DNA of 64,000 nt from Bacilli bacterium (GTDB taxonomy: Bacteria; Bacillota_I; Bacilli_A; ML615J-28; CAG-698). How positions within the stretch are numbered: the stretch's first letter is position 1; the number at the start of each line of letters is the position of its first letter. The stretch covers positions 40,359-104,358 of the forward strand of contig JAVBLL010000003.1 of assembly GCA_031553555.1 (NCBI GenBank). The letters are read 5' to 3'. This document shows positions 46,445-57,192 of the stretch, in pieces. The notes below the pieces were generated by a model. It did no database searches. It saw nothing but the letters and a program-made list of their open reading frames with translations, and was not told where the DNA came from. The position numbers were made by a program, and so were the translations under genes.

Positions 46445-48505
46445 ATGAATAAAGATTTACTTGAAAATAATGTTGAAAAATGCTATAATATGCCTTGGGT
46501 GGTGATTAATATAAATAACCAAAAGGCTCTTTTAACAATATCGACAATAAATGTAATCTATAAAACTGGAATTAAAGATAAGACAGATATAATAACACCG
46601 TTTGTTTTAAAAATTTTATATGATTCATATAAAGAAGGGAACAATATAGGATATAAGCATATAATAGAAAAGCTGGACTCTGATTTTGGATTAGCAAAGG
46701 TTCCCGAGGCAGTTATTATGAGGATTTTAAGACGACTATGTAGAAGTGAAAATAAGAATATCAACATTAAAGAAATAATAAACTATAATAAAATTAGTTA
46801 TCAATTCATCAATATAAACCCTAGCATAATAGACAACTTTGATTTAAAAGAAAAAGAAGCAAATGAAAGCTTATCAAAGCTGACTCGCTCTATTAAAATT
46901 TACTTTTCAAATGAAAATATTAATATTACAAACGAAGAATTGAAAGAGAGCATTTTTGTATATATGGAAAAGTATGGCATTGAGTATATACTGGAAGGGC
47001 AATACCGGATAGTTAATGATAAACAAAATGATATAAATTCTTATATAATATCAAAATATATTTCGGATCAGATTGAAAATAATACTATTATGGTTAACAA
47101 TATTTTAGATGTTTTTGGAGGTTTTTTAGCCACATACTCAATTTATTACACATTTGATGATTCTCAATTAAAAAGTCCAGAATTTGAAAATTTGACTCTA
47201 TATATTGATGCTCCATTAATGTTGAGGATTTTAGAATTAAAAAGCCCAGAAGAAAATGCGTTAGCGAGTCCAATAAAAGAATTATTACCGAAAAATGCAA
47301 GATTAAAATGTTTTGAACATACAGTAAATGAGATTATAAATATAATTGTAAATTATAGAGATAATCGAATAGATAACAAGTTTACTTTAGAAATATTTGA
47401 TGAAAAAAAATATGATATAGAGAAGATTGATTTATATATACGTAAAATAGAATCAACTATTGAAAATTATGGCATCGAAATAGATAAAACTGATTTTGAT
47501 GCTCTTACACTAGAACAAACAAATTTTAAGGGGTTATTTTTTGATCAATCAAAATTGGAAAGTCATTTAGCAAATAATATACCTACATATAATAATAAAA
47601 AGCGGATGCTAGATTCAGATGTAAAGTCAATTCTTTATGTGGGCTTAATGCAAAAAAACATTAAAAACAGAGATAATAATAAGCGGAATTTTTTATTTTT
47701 AACTTCAAACTATCCTTTATCAAATGCAGTAAAGACGTTTTTCAAAGAGAATATAGGACTTAATTTAATAGTGAACGATATAGAATTGATTACTGCATTT
47801 TGGGTAAACAAAACTGAATATAATAATGATTTGACAAAACAATTAATGTATTCCTATTCATCATATATAAAAACTAATCTCCCACCAAATTTTATAACTG
47901 CTGTTCAAGATGAAATGGCAATTATGAAAGATGATAAATTGATTGCTGATGAAACATATGAAGCTTTTTTGTATAATTCCCAGTTTTTGAAAATTTTGCG
48001 TTCAGAATCACAGGGAAGTAGAACAAAAATACAAGAAAAATTCTTCATAGCTACAAAAAAATATGATGATACAGTAGGACAAAAATTTAATCAACAACTA
48101 GTTTTTGAAAATAATGAATTAATCGACAAGCAAAAAGAATTAGAATCTGAAAATAAAAAATTGCATAATGAAATAAATAAGAGAAATGCAAAACAAAACA
48201 AATTAATGAAGGATGCTCAAGAAAAAATTGAACAAAAAGGAAAAAAAATTTATTATATTTTATTAATGAGTTGGTACTTAATTATAATTGCTATATTTAT
48301 TTTCTTATCAGCAATATTGACTATAGATTTTTTTGATTATATGCAAAATAAACCATGGATTGTTAGTATTTTGCTATTTGTGGATATTTATGCAATAATT
48401 GATTTATTATTTTCCAAATTAAACATGGTAAAAAAAGGGATTAAAAGGATATGTAATTTATATTGCAAAACAAAATTTAAAAAACTGAATAAAAATGATT
48501 ATTGA
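46445..48505 (+). CDS. large orphan protein: unknown N-terminal domains, coiled coil and two C-terminal TM helices
   Basis: AAGGAA RBS precedes the ATG at 46445. KQKELESENKKLHNEINKRNAKQNKLMKDAQEKIEQK forms the coiled coil, followed by two hydrophobic helices. The gene is flanked by long AT-rich spacers. Confidence 0.6.
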   Translation: MNKDLLENNVEKCYNMPWVVININNQKALLTISTINVIYKTGIKDKTDIITPFVLKILYDSYKEGNNIGYKHIIEKLDSDFGLAKVPEAVIMRILRRLCRSENKNINIKEIINYNKISYQFININPSIIDNFDLKEKEANESLSKLTRSIKIYFSNENINITNEELKESIFVYMEKYGIEYILEGQYRIVNDKQNDINSYIISKYISDQIENNTIMVNNILDVFGGFLATYSIYYTFDDSQLKSPEFENLTLYIDAPLMLRILELKSPEENALASPIKELLPKNARLKCFEHTVNEIINIIVNYRDNRIDNKFTLEIFDEKKYDIEKIDLYIRKIESTIENYGIEIDKTDFDALTLEQTNFKGLFFDQSKLESHLANNIPTYNNKKRMLDSDVKSILYVGLMQKNIKNRDNNKRNFLFLTSNYPLSNAVKTFFKENIGLNLIVNDIELITAFWVNKTEYNNDLTKQLMYSYSSYIKTNLPPNFITAVQDEMAIMKDDKLIADETYEAFLYNSQFLKILRSESQGSRTKIQEKFFIATKKYDDTVGQKFNQQLVFENNELIDKQKELESENKKLHNEINKRNAKQNKLMKDAQEKIEQKGKKIYYILLMSWYLIIIAIFIFLSAILTIDFFDYMQNKPWIVSILLFVDIYAIIDLLFSKLNMVKKGIKRICNLYCKTKFKKLNKNDY

Positions 48506-48783
48506 TTCTAAAAATATAGAAACTACTATAATACTATTTATATTGATTTTTTTGTAATTTTTTTCTTTATGCTATTGTATTATACATTAATATTATAATA
48601 AAAATTGTCTTAATTGCATATGAAACAAGTTATAAATAAAAATGTATCTAATAAATGATCGTTTCATAAATTAGGTCATTTTTTATAATATCTACGAAAA
48701 TATTATTTAACTAGATAAATCATAAATATCCTATTATGCATATAGTGCATAATAAAAATGAATAACAAATGCATTTTTGATTC

Positions 48784-48812
48784 TTGACAAAAAATATCTA
48801 AAATGCTATAAT
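48784..48812 (+). promoter_or_regulatory. consensus promoter with an extended -10
   Basis: TTGACA 48784-48789, 17-nt spacer, TGCTATAAT with TATAAT at 48807-48812. Confidence 0.7.
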
Positions 48813-48849
48813 GAATTATTATTTTTGAGTTTAATTAAAGTAGGAGAAT

Positions 48850-49248
48850 ATGAGCAAAACATACGTCGTAATTGATGCCCAAGGTGGTAAAATAGGTCAA
48901 GAAATTATTAAATCAATCAAGCAAAACAATAGTGAGAATTATGTTATTGCTGTTGGAACAAATAGTATTGCAACTTCTATGATGTATAAAGCAAATCCAG
49001 ATGTTGCAGTAACTGGTGAAAATGCGGTAATAGTTTCTTGTCGAAAAGCAGATGTAATTGTGGGTACAATTGGTATAGTTGTTGCAGATTCTATGATGGG
49101 GGAAATTACTCCTAAAATGGCAACTGCTGTAGGACAAGCAAATGCTAAAAAGATATTATTGCCATACAACAAATGTGATATTATGATTGCTGGGGTTTCA
49201 GATATCTCTTTAACGGCTTTATTAGAAGATTTAAGAAAGTTATTATAA
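48850..49248 (+). CDS. DUF3842-family protein
   Basis: YVVIDAQGGKIGQEIIKSIK is a typical DUF3842 N-terminus. AGGAG RBS. Confidence 0.65.
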   Translation: MSKTYVVIDAQGGKIGQEIIKSIKQNNSENYVIAVGTNSIATSMMYKANPDVAVTGENAVIVSCRKADVIVGTIGIVVADSMMGEITPKMATAVGQANAKKILLPYNKCDIMIAGVSDISLTALLEDLRKLL

Positions 49249-49427
49249 AAATATAAAATTAATAATATAAATGCGCTTAAAAAAATTTAAGTAGAATGAC
49301 AAAAGTCATTATATTAATTATATTATTATAGATTATTGCATAAAATAATATAAAATGAACCTATGCTATGAAGGCATTGATCTTTTAGAAAAAAGATTTG
49401 TGCCTTTTTATATTTTGGAGAATAAAA

Positions 49428-50510
49428 ATGAAAAAAAAACAAATACAAAAAATTAACGACATAACTCTTTATAAAAAACATATTAGTAAAAAACTTATAA
49501 TTATTTTAATATTATTAGTATTTGTCTTACTATTATCAATCATATCAATAAATGTTGGTTCAAGTTGGATTAATCCACTTGAAGTAATTAAAGCCTTTTT
49601 TAAAATAGGAGATGAAAAAAATATTCTAATAGTTTGGAATATACGTTTACCTAGGGTAACAGCCGCAATTATAGCCGGTGCTGGATTGGCATTGTCTGGG
49701 TGTGTAATGCAAAATGTTTTAAAAAATCCCATGGCCTCTCCATCAACCTTGGGAGTTAGTAGTGGTGCCGTCTTTGGTGCTAATTTTGCGATTATCATTC
49801 TTGGGGCTGGAATGTTTCATAGTACTGATGGGACATCAATAACAATTAATAATCCTTATTTGGTATCAATAATTGCATTTTTATTCGCCATGGCCTCAAC
49901 ATTTATAATACTAAGTTTATCTAAGTATCAAAAATATTCATCTGAAGTAATAGTGCTTGCGGGTGTGGCAATTGGTGCAATCTTTACAGCCGGTACTACT
50001 TTGATACAATATTTTTCAATAGATTCGCAAGTAGCAGCTGCTGTATATTGGTCATTTGGAAATCTCAGTAGGGCAACAAAAAATGAAAATATCATAATGT
50101 TCATTATTATATCACTTGCATTTATTTATTTTTATTTAAGAAGGTGGGATTTTAATGCTATGGCTCATGGAGAAGATGTGGCCAAGAGCTTAGGTGTTAG
50201 AACTGAAAGTACAAGGTTTATCAGTTTACTTTTATCATCATTGATAACGGCAGTTTGTGTATCCTTTTTAGGGATAATAGGGTTTGTAGGATTGATTGCT
50301 CCCCATATTATGAAAAGATTTTTAGGATCAGATAATCGTTTCTTACTTCCTGCATCTTGTCTTGCTGGTTCTGCCCTACTATTATTTTCGGATACAATTG
50401 GTAGAATATTGATTAAAGGGATATCACTACCTGTTGGAGCAGTTACGGCTTTACTCGGTGGACCAATGTTTTTATATTTAATATTCTATAAGAAAGGAAG
50501 AAATTTATGA
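49428..50510 (+). CDS. FecCD-family ABC permease (iron-chelate / cobalamin type)
   Basis: RLPRVTAAIIAGAGLALSGCVMQ and GPMFLYLI are typical FecCD motifs. Confidence 0.9.
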   Translation: MKKKQIQKINDITLYKKHISKKLIIILILLVFVLLLSIISINVGSSWINPLEVIKAFFKIGDEKNILIVWNIRLPRVTAAIIAGAGLALSGCVMQNVLKNPMASPSTLGVSSGAVFGANFAIIILGAGMFHSTDGTSITINNPYLVSIIAFLFAMASTFIILSLSKYQKYSSEVIVLAGVAIGAIFTAGTTLIQYFSIDSQVAAAVYWSFGNLSRATKNENIIMFIIISLAFIYFYLRRWDFNAMAHGEDVAKSLGVRTESTRFISLLLSSLITAVCVSFLGIIGFVGLIAPHIMKRFLGSDNRFLLPASCLAGSALLLFSDTIGRILIKGISLPVGAVTALLGGPMFLYLIFYKKGRNL

Positions 50511-51268
50511 GTTTAAATGTTGAAAATCTTTCTTTTTATTACTCCAAAAAATCGACAAAGAAAATTCTTGATAATATTAATTTCAAATCGGAAAATGGTC
50601 AGTGTATTGCTATTCTAGGACCAAATGGTGCCGGCAAGTCCACTTTACTAAAAAACATTTGTCATATTCTAAACTATCAAGAAGGAAATGTATTAATAGA
50701 AGATAAAGATACAAAACTATTAGGAGCTAATGAAAGGGCCAAAAAAGTTGGATATGTAGCCCAAAAGTTAGAGTTTGCTGATTCTACAGTATTTGATGTC
50801 ATTCTTTCTGGAAGAAAACCGCATATCAAATGGGAAGCATCAAATAAAGATTTAGAAATTGTATCATCATTAATTGAAAAACTTGATATATCAAAAATAT
50901 CATTAAATAATATAAATAAAATATCTGGGGGTGAAGCCCAAAAAGTAGCTATTGCTAGAGCTTTAGCCCAACAACCAAGTATTTTGTTATTTGATGAACC
51001 AACAAGTAATCTGGATATCAAAAATCAACTAGAAGTTATAAAACTCATTAAAGAAATAACTCACGACTTAAATATAACAGTAATTGTTGCAATGCATGAT
51101 TTGAATTTGGCGCTTAGATTTGCCGATTCTTTCATTTTAATGAAAGAAGGAACTATATATTCTTATGGAAATAATAAAACAATTAATGAGAAATCTATAT
51201 TAGATATTTATAATATTAATTGTAAGATTGAATTAATAAATGAATATCATTTAGTTATACCAGAATAA
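50507..51268 (+). CDS. ABC transporter ATP-binding protein (FepC/BtuD type)
   Basis: GPNGAGKSTLL, SGGEAQKVAIARAL and LLFDEPTSNLD. ATGA overlap with the permease gene. Confidence 0.9.
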   Translation: MSLNVENLSFYYSKKSTKKILDNINFKSENGQCIAILGPNGAGKSTLLKNICHILNYQEGNVLIEDKDTKLLGANERAKKVGYVAQKLEFADSTVFDVILSGRKPHIKWEASNKDLEIVSSLIEKLDISKISLNNINKISGGEAQKVAIARALAQQPSILLFDEPTSNLDIKNQLEVIKLIKEITHDLNITVIVAMHDLNLALRFADSFILMKEGTIYSYGNNKTINEKSILDIYNINCKIELINEYHLVIPE

Positions 51269-51284
51269 AGAAAAGGAAAACATT

Positions 51285-52430
51285 ATGAAAAAAAGATTTT
51301 TAGTTATAATAATATCATTATTTATGTTTTTATGTTTATCAGGTTGTAACTCTGAAAATGAAAAACCAGAAACGATTACAATTACTGATATGATTGGAAG
51401 AACGGTCGAAGTTCCAACCCAAATAAATAGAGTAGTGTGTATTGGAGCAGGGTCACTTCGTCTATATTCTTATATTGGTGATATGGAAAAATTAGTTGCT
51501 GTTGAACAATGTGAAGGAAATGACAATTTGATTTCTATTCGACCATATCAAATGGTTCATAATACTTTATTTAAGTCATTAATTGCTGAGGGAAATGTTT
51601 GTGGTACTGGTGGACCAACTGGTTCAGCAGAAGCAGAAAAGATAATAACATGTAATCCAGACATTATATTTTCAATATATGTATCCGATGCAGTAGCTAT
51701 GGATACCTTACAAACACAAACAGGAACACCAGTTGTCACAGTTTCATACGGTAATGTTGAAGCTTTTGATCAAAATGTATTAACATCAATCACGCTTATG
51801 GGAAAAATATTAAATAGAGAAGAACGCGCCTTAGAAGTCACAACGTATATAAAAAATCTAACAGATGACTTACATAGCAGAACAAGAGATATTAAAGAAG
51901 AAGATAAAGATTCTGTTTACTTAGCTTGCCAATCAAATTATGGTTTACATGGTTTTCAGAGTTCTACAGCCAATTACTCATTATTTAAAGCAACTAATGT
52001 TAAAAACGTGTTAGATGAAAATGGCTATACAGGTTATTCAAAAGAAATCGATTTAGAAGCTATTATGATAATGGATCCCGATATTATTATTATTGATGCA
52101 GGAGGTTTGAATATTTTAAAACAAGAATATGCCCTTTCTGATAAAGCAAAAATATTTAATAGCCTAAAAGCTTTCAAAAATGGTGAAGTATATTTAATAA
52201 TGCCATATAATGCTTATTATACAAATTTAGAGATTGCTTATTGTGATGCATATTATATAGGAAAGAGTATTTATCCGGATGCTTTTAGTGACATTGATAT
52301 TGATCAAAAAGCCAATGAGATTACTGAAAAATTATTAGGTATATCGTTTTATACTGAAATTGCTAATTCAATGTTTGGTGGTTTTCAAAAACTGAATTTA
52401 GTTAATACTTTTGCTAATTATTCAAATTAA
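51285..52430 (+). CDS. substrate-binding lipoprotein of the iron-chelate/cobalamin ABC class
   Basis: Lipobox LSGC. RVVCIGAGSLRLYSY and DPDIIIIDAG are typical of class III binding proteins. Confidence 0.8.
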   Translation: MKKRFLVIIISLFMFLCLSGCNSENEKPETITITDMIGRTVEVPTQINRVVCIGAGSLRLYSYIGDMEKLVAVEQCEGNDNLISIRPYQMVHNTLFKSLIAEGNVCGTGGPTGSAEAEKIITCNPDIIFSIYVSDAVAMDTLQTQTGTPVVTVSYGNVEAFDQNVLTSITLMGKILNREERALEVTTYIKNLTDDLHSRTRDIKEEDKDSVYLACQSNYGLHGFQSSTANYSLFKATNVKNVLDENGYTGYSKEIDLEAIMIMDPDIIIIDAGGLNILKQEYALSDKAKIFNSLKAFKNGEVYLIMPYNAYYTNLEIAYCDAYYIGKSIYPDAFSDIDIDQKANEITEKLLGISFYTEIANSMFGGFQKLNLVNTFANYSN

Positions 52431-52445
52431 TATATCAAGATAATA

Positions 52446-52489
52446 AAAAGGTCAAATGAATAAAAATATTCTATTCATTTGACCTTTTT
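52446..52489. terminator. bidirectional terminator between convergent genes
   Basis: AAAAGGTCAAATGAATA ... TATTCATTTGACCTTTT. Confidence 0.8.
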
Positions 52490-52505
52490 AATTCTTGTTT
52501 ATTAG

Positions 52506-53201
52506 TTATTTCATTAGTTTCATTACTAAAGCAACTATTTTCCAGCGTTTTGTAACTATAGCATTTTTTTTCTTTTTCTTTATCGCTTTATAGATTTGTT
52601 TTGATGTCTTTTCCACTGGCATGACCCAAAACAATCCATCTCCTTGTGCCATAGCAGTATCTACTAACCCCGGCTTTATATCAGTTATGGAAATATCCAT
52701 TTTTTGTTTTCTAACTTTTTTTCGCATACCACTCAAATAATTTGATAAATATGCCTTAGTTGCGTTATATGCAGGTGCTTCAGCACTCCCACATAATCCA
52801 GCAAGTGAAGAAATAGCCACCAAATGACCCGCTTTTCTTTCCATAAAATAGTGCATTACTGTATTTATTAGAGCTGTTACCCCAAAAACATTAGTATCAA
52901 TAGTCGCTTTTTCCAGTTTCCATTCTAAATCATTATTTATGAAACCAGTTCCTGCACTAACAATTATCAAATCCACCCCACCCATAACATTTATTAATTC
53001 ATCAAGCCCATACATTGATTCTTCAGTCTTTGTGATATCCATGTATGTAATAAAAGTTTTAGTCGGTAATTCCTTTTTAAGATTTTCCAGCATATCTAAA
53101 CGTCTTGCTGTTAATCCCAACACATATCCATCGTTCGCCATGATTTTAGCGAGTTCCGAGCCTATACCACTACTTGCACCAATTATAATTGCTTTTTTCA
53201 T
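52506..53201 (-). CDS. SDR-family oxidoreductase
   Basis: IIGASSGIGSELA cofactor motif and the YNATKAY catalytic YxxxK motif. Confidence 0.85.
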   Translation of the reverse strand: MKKAIIIGASSGIGSELAKIMANDGYVLGLTARRLDMLENLKKELPTKTFITYMDITKTEESMYGLDELINVMGGVDLIIVSAGTGFINNDLEWKLEKATIDTNVFGVTALINTVMHYFMERKAGHLVAISSLAGLCGSAEAPAYNATKAYLSNYLSGMRKKVRKQKMDISITDIKPGLVDTAMAQGDGLFWVMPVEKTSKQIYKAIKKKKKNAIVTKRWKIVALVMKLMK

Positions 53202-53420
53202 ATTATTATAATATCATTATTATATATATTTGTCAAATCTATTAGTCATACTTTAAAAATTTAATTTATAAATCATTGATTATATAAATTAAAAGTATTT
53301 ATTGGTAATTAAAATATATAGATAAATTTGACAATATATTAAATCTTATGAAAAGGTTGTATTTTTCTTAAAAAATGTTATAATAATCAGTATGAGAATA
53401 AATTTATGAGGTAAATTATT

Positions 53421-53822
53421 ATGAAGATGTGGATGAAATTATATCAAGAAGCAAAATCAAAATTAAATCCCAAAACAATATCACCTTTTGTTGAAGTTGG
53501 TAATGTAGCTGCAGCAATATTAACCGAAGCTGGAAATATTTATACTGGTGTATGTATTGATACAACTTGTACGCTTGGAATGTGTGCAGAACGAAATGCA
53601 ATTGCAAATATGATTACCAATAAGGAAAGTAAAATCATCAAACTTGTGTGCGTGATGGAAGATGGCACTATTGGATCTCCATGCGGAGCATGTCGTGAAT
53701 TACTTATGCAATTAGGTGGAGATAGTTATAAAATGGAAATATTAGTTAATTATAATCCTATTACTATTATTACATTAGGAGAGCTGATTCCTGACTGGTG
53801 GGGTAAAAATAAAATTGGATAA
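53421..53822 (+). CDS. cdd: cytidine deaminase family protein
   Basis: CAERNAI and PCGACRE zinc motifs. 133 aa. Confidence 0.8.
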   Translation: MKMWMKLYQEAKSKLNPKTISPFVEVGNVAAAILTEAGNIYTGVCIDTTCTLGMCAERNAIANMITNKESKIIKLVCVMEDGTIGSPCGACRELLMQLGGDSYKMEILVNYNPITIITLGELIPDWWGKNKIG

Positions 53823-53857
53823 TGAATTATGATAAAACTTATGAGTGAGGTGAAAAA

Positions 53858-54373
53858 ATGAAAATAACTTTAGCAAGCAAAAGTTACTATTATTTGTCAG
53901 GTTTATTGGGAGGCTGCCTGTTTGTAGTTATGGGATTTACAGGATTAAAAGGCATAGGAGTTATCGACTTAAAAGATATGGGAGATATTGATTGGGTTTT
54001 ATTTATTTTGAATATAACTATTATTGCATTTGGTGCGTTGTTTATTCTAATAAATATTCGATATCTTTTTTTGCCTTCTGGAAGAATCGTAAAATATAAT
54101 GGTCGACTTATAGTTGGCAAAACTGAAATTGTTATGGATAATGTCTTTAGTATTACCGGCTATTCATATTGGTGGTTTTTTATGAGGGAAATATATTATA
54201 GACCAGAATTGATATCTGGATATATTATTATAAAAACTAAAGACGGAAAAAAATATAAAATAAGAAATATTGCTCATATTGAACGTGCAAAAAAAGATGT
54301 GTCGCAAGCAATCCTTAATAATACAAGAGATGCCAAAAATAATGAGTTAATGAAAGAAAAAGGCTATTTATAA
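53858..54373 (+). CDS. hypothetical membrane protein
   Basis: Two TM helices. GAGGTG RBS. Confidence 0.5.
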   Translation: MKITLASKSYYYLSGLLGGCLFVVMGFTGLKGIGVIDLKDMGDIDWVLFILNITIIAFGALFILINIRYLFLPSGRIVKYNGRLIVGKTEIVMDNVFSITGYSYWWFFMREIYYRPELISGYIIIKTKDGKKYKIRNIAHIERAKKDVSQAILNNTRDAKNNELMKEKGYL

Positions 54374-54394
54374 TATAAAGTTATATGGAAATAA

Positions 54395-54521
54395 ATACCA
54401 TGTAATAAATTATCAAAATAGGTTATAATAATAGTAGTTAATAAAAGTGAAACAATCTTTTATTAACAATACTCAATGAAAATTTGGGTAAAAAATGTCT
54501 TGTTTAACAAGGCATTTTTTT
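54395..54521 (+). ncRNA. copy A of a repeated three-hairpin element ending in an intrinsic terminator (candidate sRNA or 3-prime UTR element)
   Basis: About 80 percent identical by eye to 58966-59089. Hairpins are TTAATAAAAG/CTTTTATTAA, CTCAA/TTGGG and AATGTCTTG/CAAGGCATT followed by a T-run. Confidence 0.45.
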
Positions 54522-54691
54522 ATGTTTATAATAATAATACAATATAAGAAGAAAGAAAAAGAATTTAATAAAAACGATAGTAGCAAAGGAACTATTATAA
54601 TCTTTACACTAATATATATCCATGATATAATATTATTTGAATATAAGCAAATAAGTTAATAATGTTTTATATTTTTGTAAGGAGAAAGAAA

Positions 54692-56263
54692 ATGAATATT
54701 CAAAAAATATTGCCAATTCATTTAGCAAATATTGAAATAGTTAAACCTTCAACTATATTAAATAGTTATGAAAAGATTATTGTTAATTTAAAGATAAAAA
54801 ATTGTTCACAAGTGAAATTCAGAAAAGTGAAAATCAAAGTTGATTTACCACATATGATGGTCACAAAGGATACAGAGTTAAAACAAGTGGCAATCGAGGT
54901 AAACGAAGAAGTGATTATTCAATATGAAATGTATGCACTTTGTGGGGGACGTGATTTTTTGCGTTTTTATATCAATATTAATGAATTATTTGATTTGGAA
55001 TATGTAGAATATAATACTATATTAAGTGTCAAAGGCCAAGGTTATTATCGTGGCGATAATCATTCTCATTCCACGAGAAGTGATGGACAAAATAATAATT
55101 CAGTTAAGGATAATTGCCTCAGAGTTTATGATACTAGAGCTATATCATGGTTAACCCCTACAGATCATAGTTTCATTAACAAGGAGGATTATCAAGAAGT
55201 TAATAATCAGTTTGATGATTTTGTTTGTATGCCAAATTCAGCAGAATATGGCATAGTAGGGCATTCATTTCCTAAAGGTGTTTATCCAAATGGAAAATTA
55301 GGAGAGCATGCACTTCAATATAATATCAGTCATTTAGATAATAATGTTTCAACAGGAAGAACATGGCAAGACATAATTGATGAAGTAAATACACAAAATG
55401 GTGTTTTCTATATTGCACATCCATATTATCCATCCATTTGGTGGGAAGAAGAAAACATTAGGAACGCCAAAAATATAAATGGCATTGAAGTATGGCAAGG
55501 CGATTACCATGCTTTGGATGAAGTTAATAGGAAAGCCTTTATTATATGGGATGAAGTGAATCGTAAAGGTAAAAAAGTGATGGGACTCGCCAATTCTGAT
55601 GGTCACTTTCTCCATCGTTTAGGACACCCATTTATTATGGCAAAGTTAGATTATTTGAATATTGAAAATATATTTGATGTTTTACGTAGTGGCCATTATT
55701 ATGGATCAAATGGTCCTTATATAAATTTTAGGATAAATGATAAATCAAATGGGGAAACATTCTTTATTGAAGATAATCAAAAAATTAAAGCTGACTTATT
55801 TTGTTATACAAAAGGGTATATTGAAAAAATAATCATTATTAAAAATCGAATCGGTAATAATCATGCTGAAGTTATTTTTGAAAAAAATAATCTTGGAACA
55901 AACTATTATGAGAATGAATTAATTTTAGATGTAGAAATTGGTGATTTTTATAGAGTTGAAATAATTACATCAAATGCTGAAATAGGTCCAGGATGTTTTT
56001 TGGGGAACTTCCATGGCAAGGGGTTTGCCTATACTAATCCTATTTGGATAGAAAAAGGAATTGAAGAAGAATTTAATAGTTTAAGTTATTCCAATAATCT
56101 TATTATGAAGAAAAACAAACTTGGACTACCTTATTTTATTAGTAAATCTTTTGAGAAAATTCAAATAAATGGCAAGACAATAAACATTGAAAAACAAGAT
56201 ATGATTATTAATTGTTCTAATAATAATTACTTAGTTTTGGTAGATAGTAATGAATCAAATTAA
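54692..56263 (+). CDS. PHP-domain metallohydrolase (CehA/McbA-like) with an N-terminal beta-rich domain
   Basis: GDNHSHSTRSDG is a PHP motif, with later HPYYP and NSDGH. AAGGAG RBS precedes the ATG at 54692. Confidence 0.7.
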   Translation: MNIQKILPIHLANIEIVKPSTILNSYEKIIVNLKIKNCSQVKFRKVKIKVDLPHMMVTKDTELKQVAIEVNEEVIIQYEMYALCGGRDFLRFYININELFDLEYVEYNTILSVKGQGYYRGDNHSHSTRSDGQNNNSVKDNCLRVYDTRAISWLTPTDHSFINKEDYQEVNNQFDDFVCMPNSAEYGIVGHSFPKGVYPNGKLGEHALQYNISHLDNNVSTGRTWQDIIDEVNTQNGVFYIAHPYYPSIWWEEENIRNAKNINGIEVWQGDYHALDEVNRKAFIIWDEVNRKGKKVMGLANSDGHFLHRLGHPFIMAKLDYLNIENIFDVLRSGHYYGSNGPYINFRINDKSNGETFFIEDNQKIKADLFCYTKGYIEKIIIIKNRIGNNHAEVIFEKNNLGTNYYENELILDVEIGDFYRVEIITSNAEIGPGCFLGNFHGKGFAYTNPIWIEKGIEEEFNSLSYSNNLIMKKNKLGLPYFISKSFEKIQINGKTINIEKQDMIINCSNNNYLVLVDSNESN

Positions 56264-57011
56264 ATTAGTTCTATTGGATTTAGATGGTACGATTTATAAT
56301 GGTGATGTTTTAATAGATGGGGCAAAAGAAGCTATTGAAATGCTTCAAGAAAAAAATATAAATTTTTGCTTTTTAACAAACAATACCTCTATTAGCCATT
56401 TTGATTATTATGAAAAATTAAAAAAATTGGGCATAAATATTAAAACGGAACAATTCATAACTCCTGTTGATGTAATGCTAGACTATCTTGAAAAAAATAA
56501 TAGCAAAATAAAAGTATATGGCACTGCTTATTTGGCCGATATTACAAAAAAATATCAAGCAAATAATCCTGATATTATAGTAATAGGAACATCATGGAAT
56601 TTTGATTATACAAGTTTAAAACAATTATGCACAGAAATCTCCCAAAAACAATTATATTTCATTACCAATCCAGATAAATATATTACTTCAAATGAGTCTA
56701 ATAACCCTGATGTTGGGGCATTAATTGAATATATTTATGCGGTGACAAATATTAGGCCATTAGTCAATTTTGGCAAGCCAAGTGAATTTATGGGCAAATT
56801 TATTTTGGAGAAATTTGGTTTGGAAAAATCCAATATTTTAATGATTGGTGATTTGTTGGAAACAGATATGTTGTTCGCCAAAAATAATGAATTTCAAAAT
56901 GCTTTAGTTTTAACAGGTTGTCAAAAAAATTCTGAGGAAATTAATAAACATAATATTCAGCTAGTATTTAATAATATTTTTGAGGCTATTAATTATTTCT
57001 TTAATAATTAA
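56250..57011 (+). CDS. HAD-superfamily subfamily IIA hydrolase (NagD-like)
   Basis: LLDLDGTIYNG, FLTNN, GKPS and GDLLETD motifs. It overlaps the PHP gene by 14 nt. Confidence 0.85.
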   Translation: MNQIKLVLLDLDGTIYNGDVLIDGAKEAIEMLQEKNINFCFLTNNTSISHFDYYEKLKKLGINIKTEQFITPVDVMLDYLEKNNSKIKVYGTAYLADITKKYQANNPDIIVIGTSWNFDYTSLKQLCTEISQKQLYFITNPDKYITSNESNNPDVGALIEYIYAVTNIRPLVNFGKPSEFMGKFILEKFGLEKSNILMIGDLLETDMLFAKNNEFQNALVLTGCQKNSEEINKHNIQLVFNNIFEAINYFFNN

Positions 57012-57192
57012 TATAAAAATTACAATGAATATAAGTGTGTTTTTGATTTATAATAAATTTGGTTATGAAGTTGAGTAATAATAATCAACTTTTTAATTTC
57101 TAAAAACACCTTGAAATTTATATTATATTGTTGACAAAACATTAAAAAAGTTATATAATTATGGAAACGAAAGGTTATTAAAAAAGTTTCCT

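Noticed and set aside
48506-49427. Cobalamin or other riboswitch upstream of the FecCD-type ABC transporter
   Set aside because: I could not recognise a B12-box or any conserved riboswitch core in either leader. Only a consensus promoter (48784-48812) and a short palindrome (TTATGCA-N5-TGCATAA) were seen.
49469-51021. Minus-strand ORFs 49469-49798 and 50677-51021
   Set aside because: They are antisense to the well-supported FecCD permease and ABC ATPase genes.
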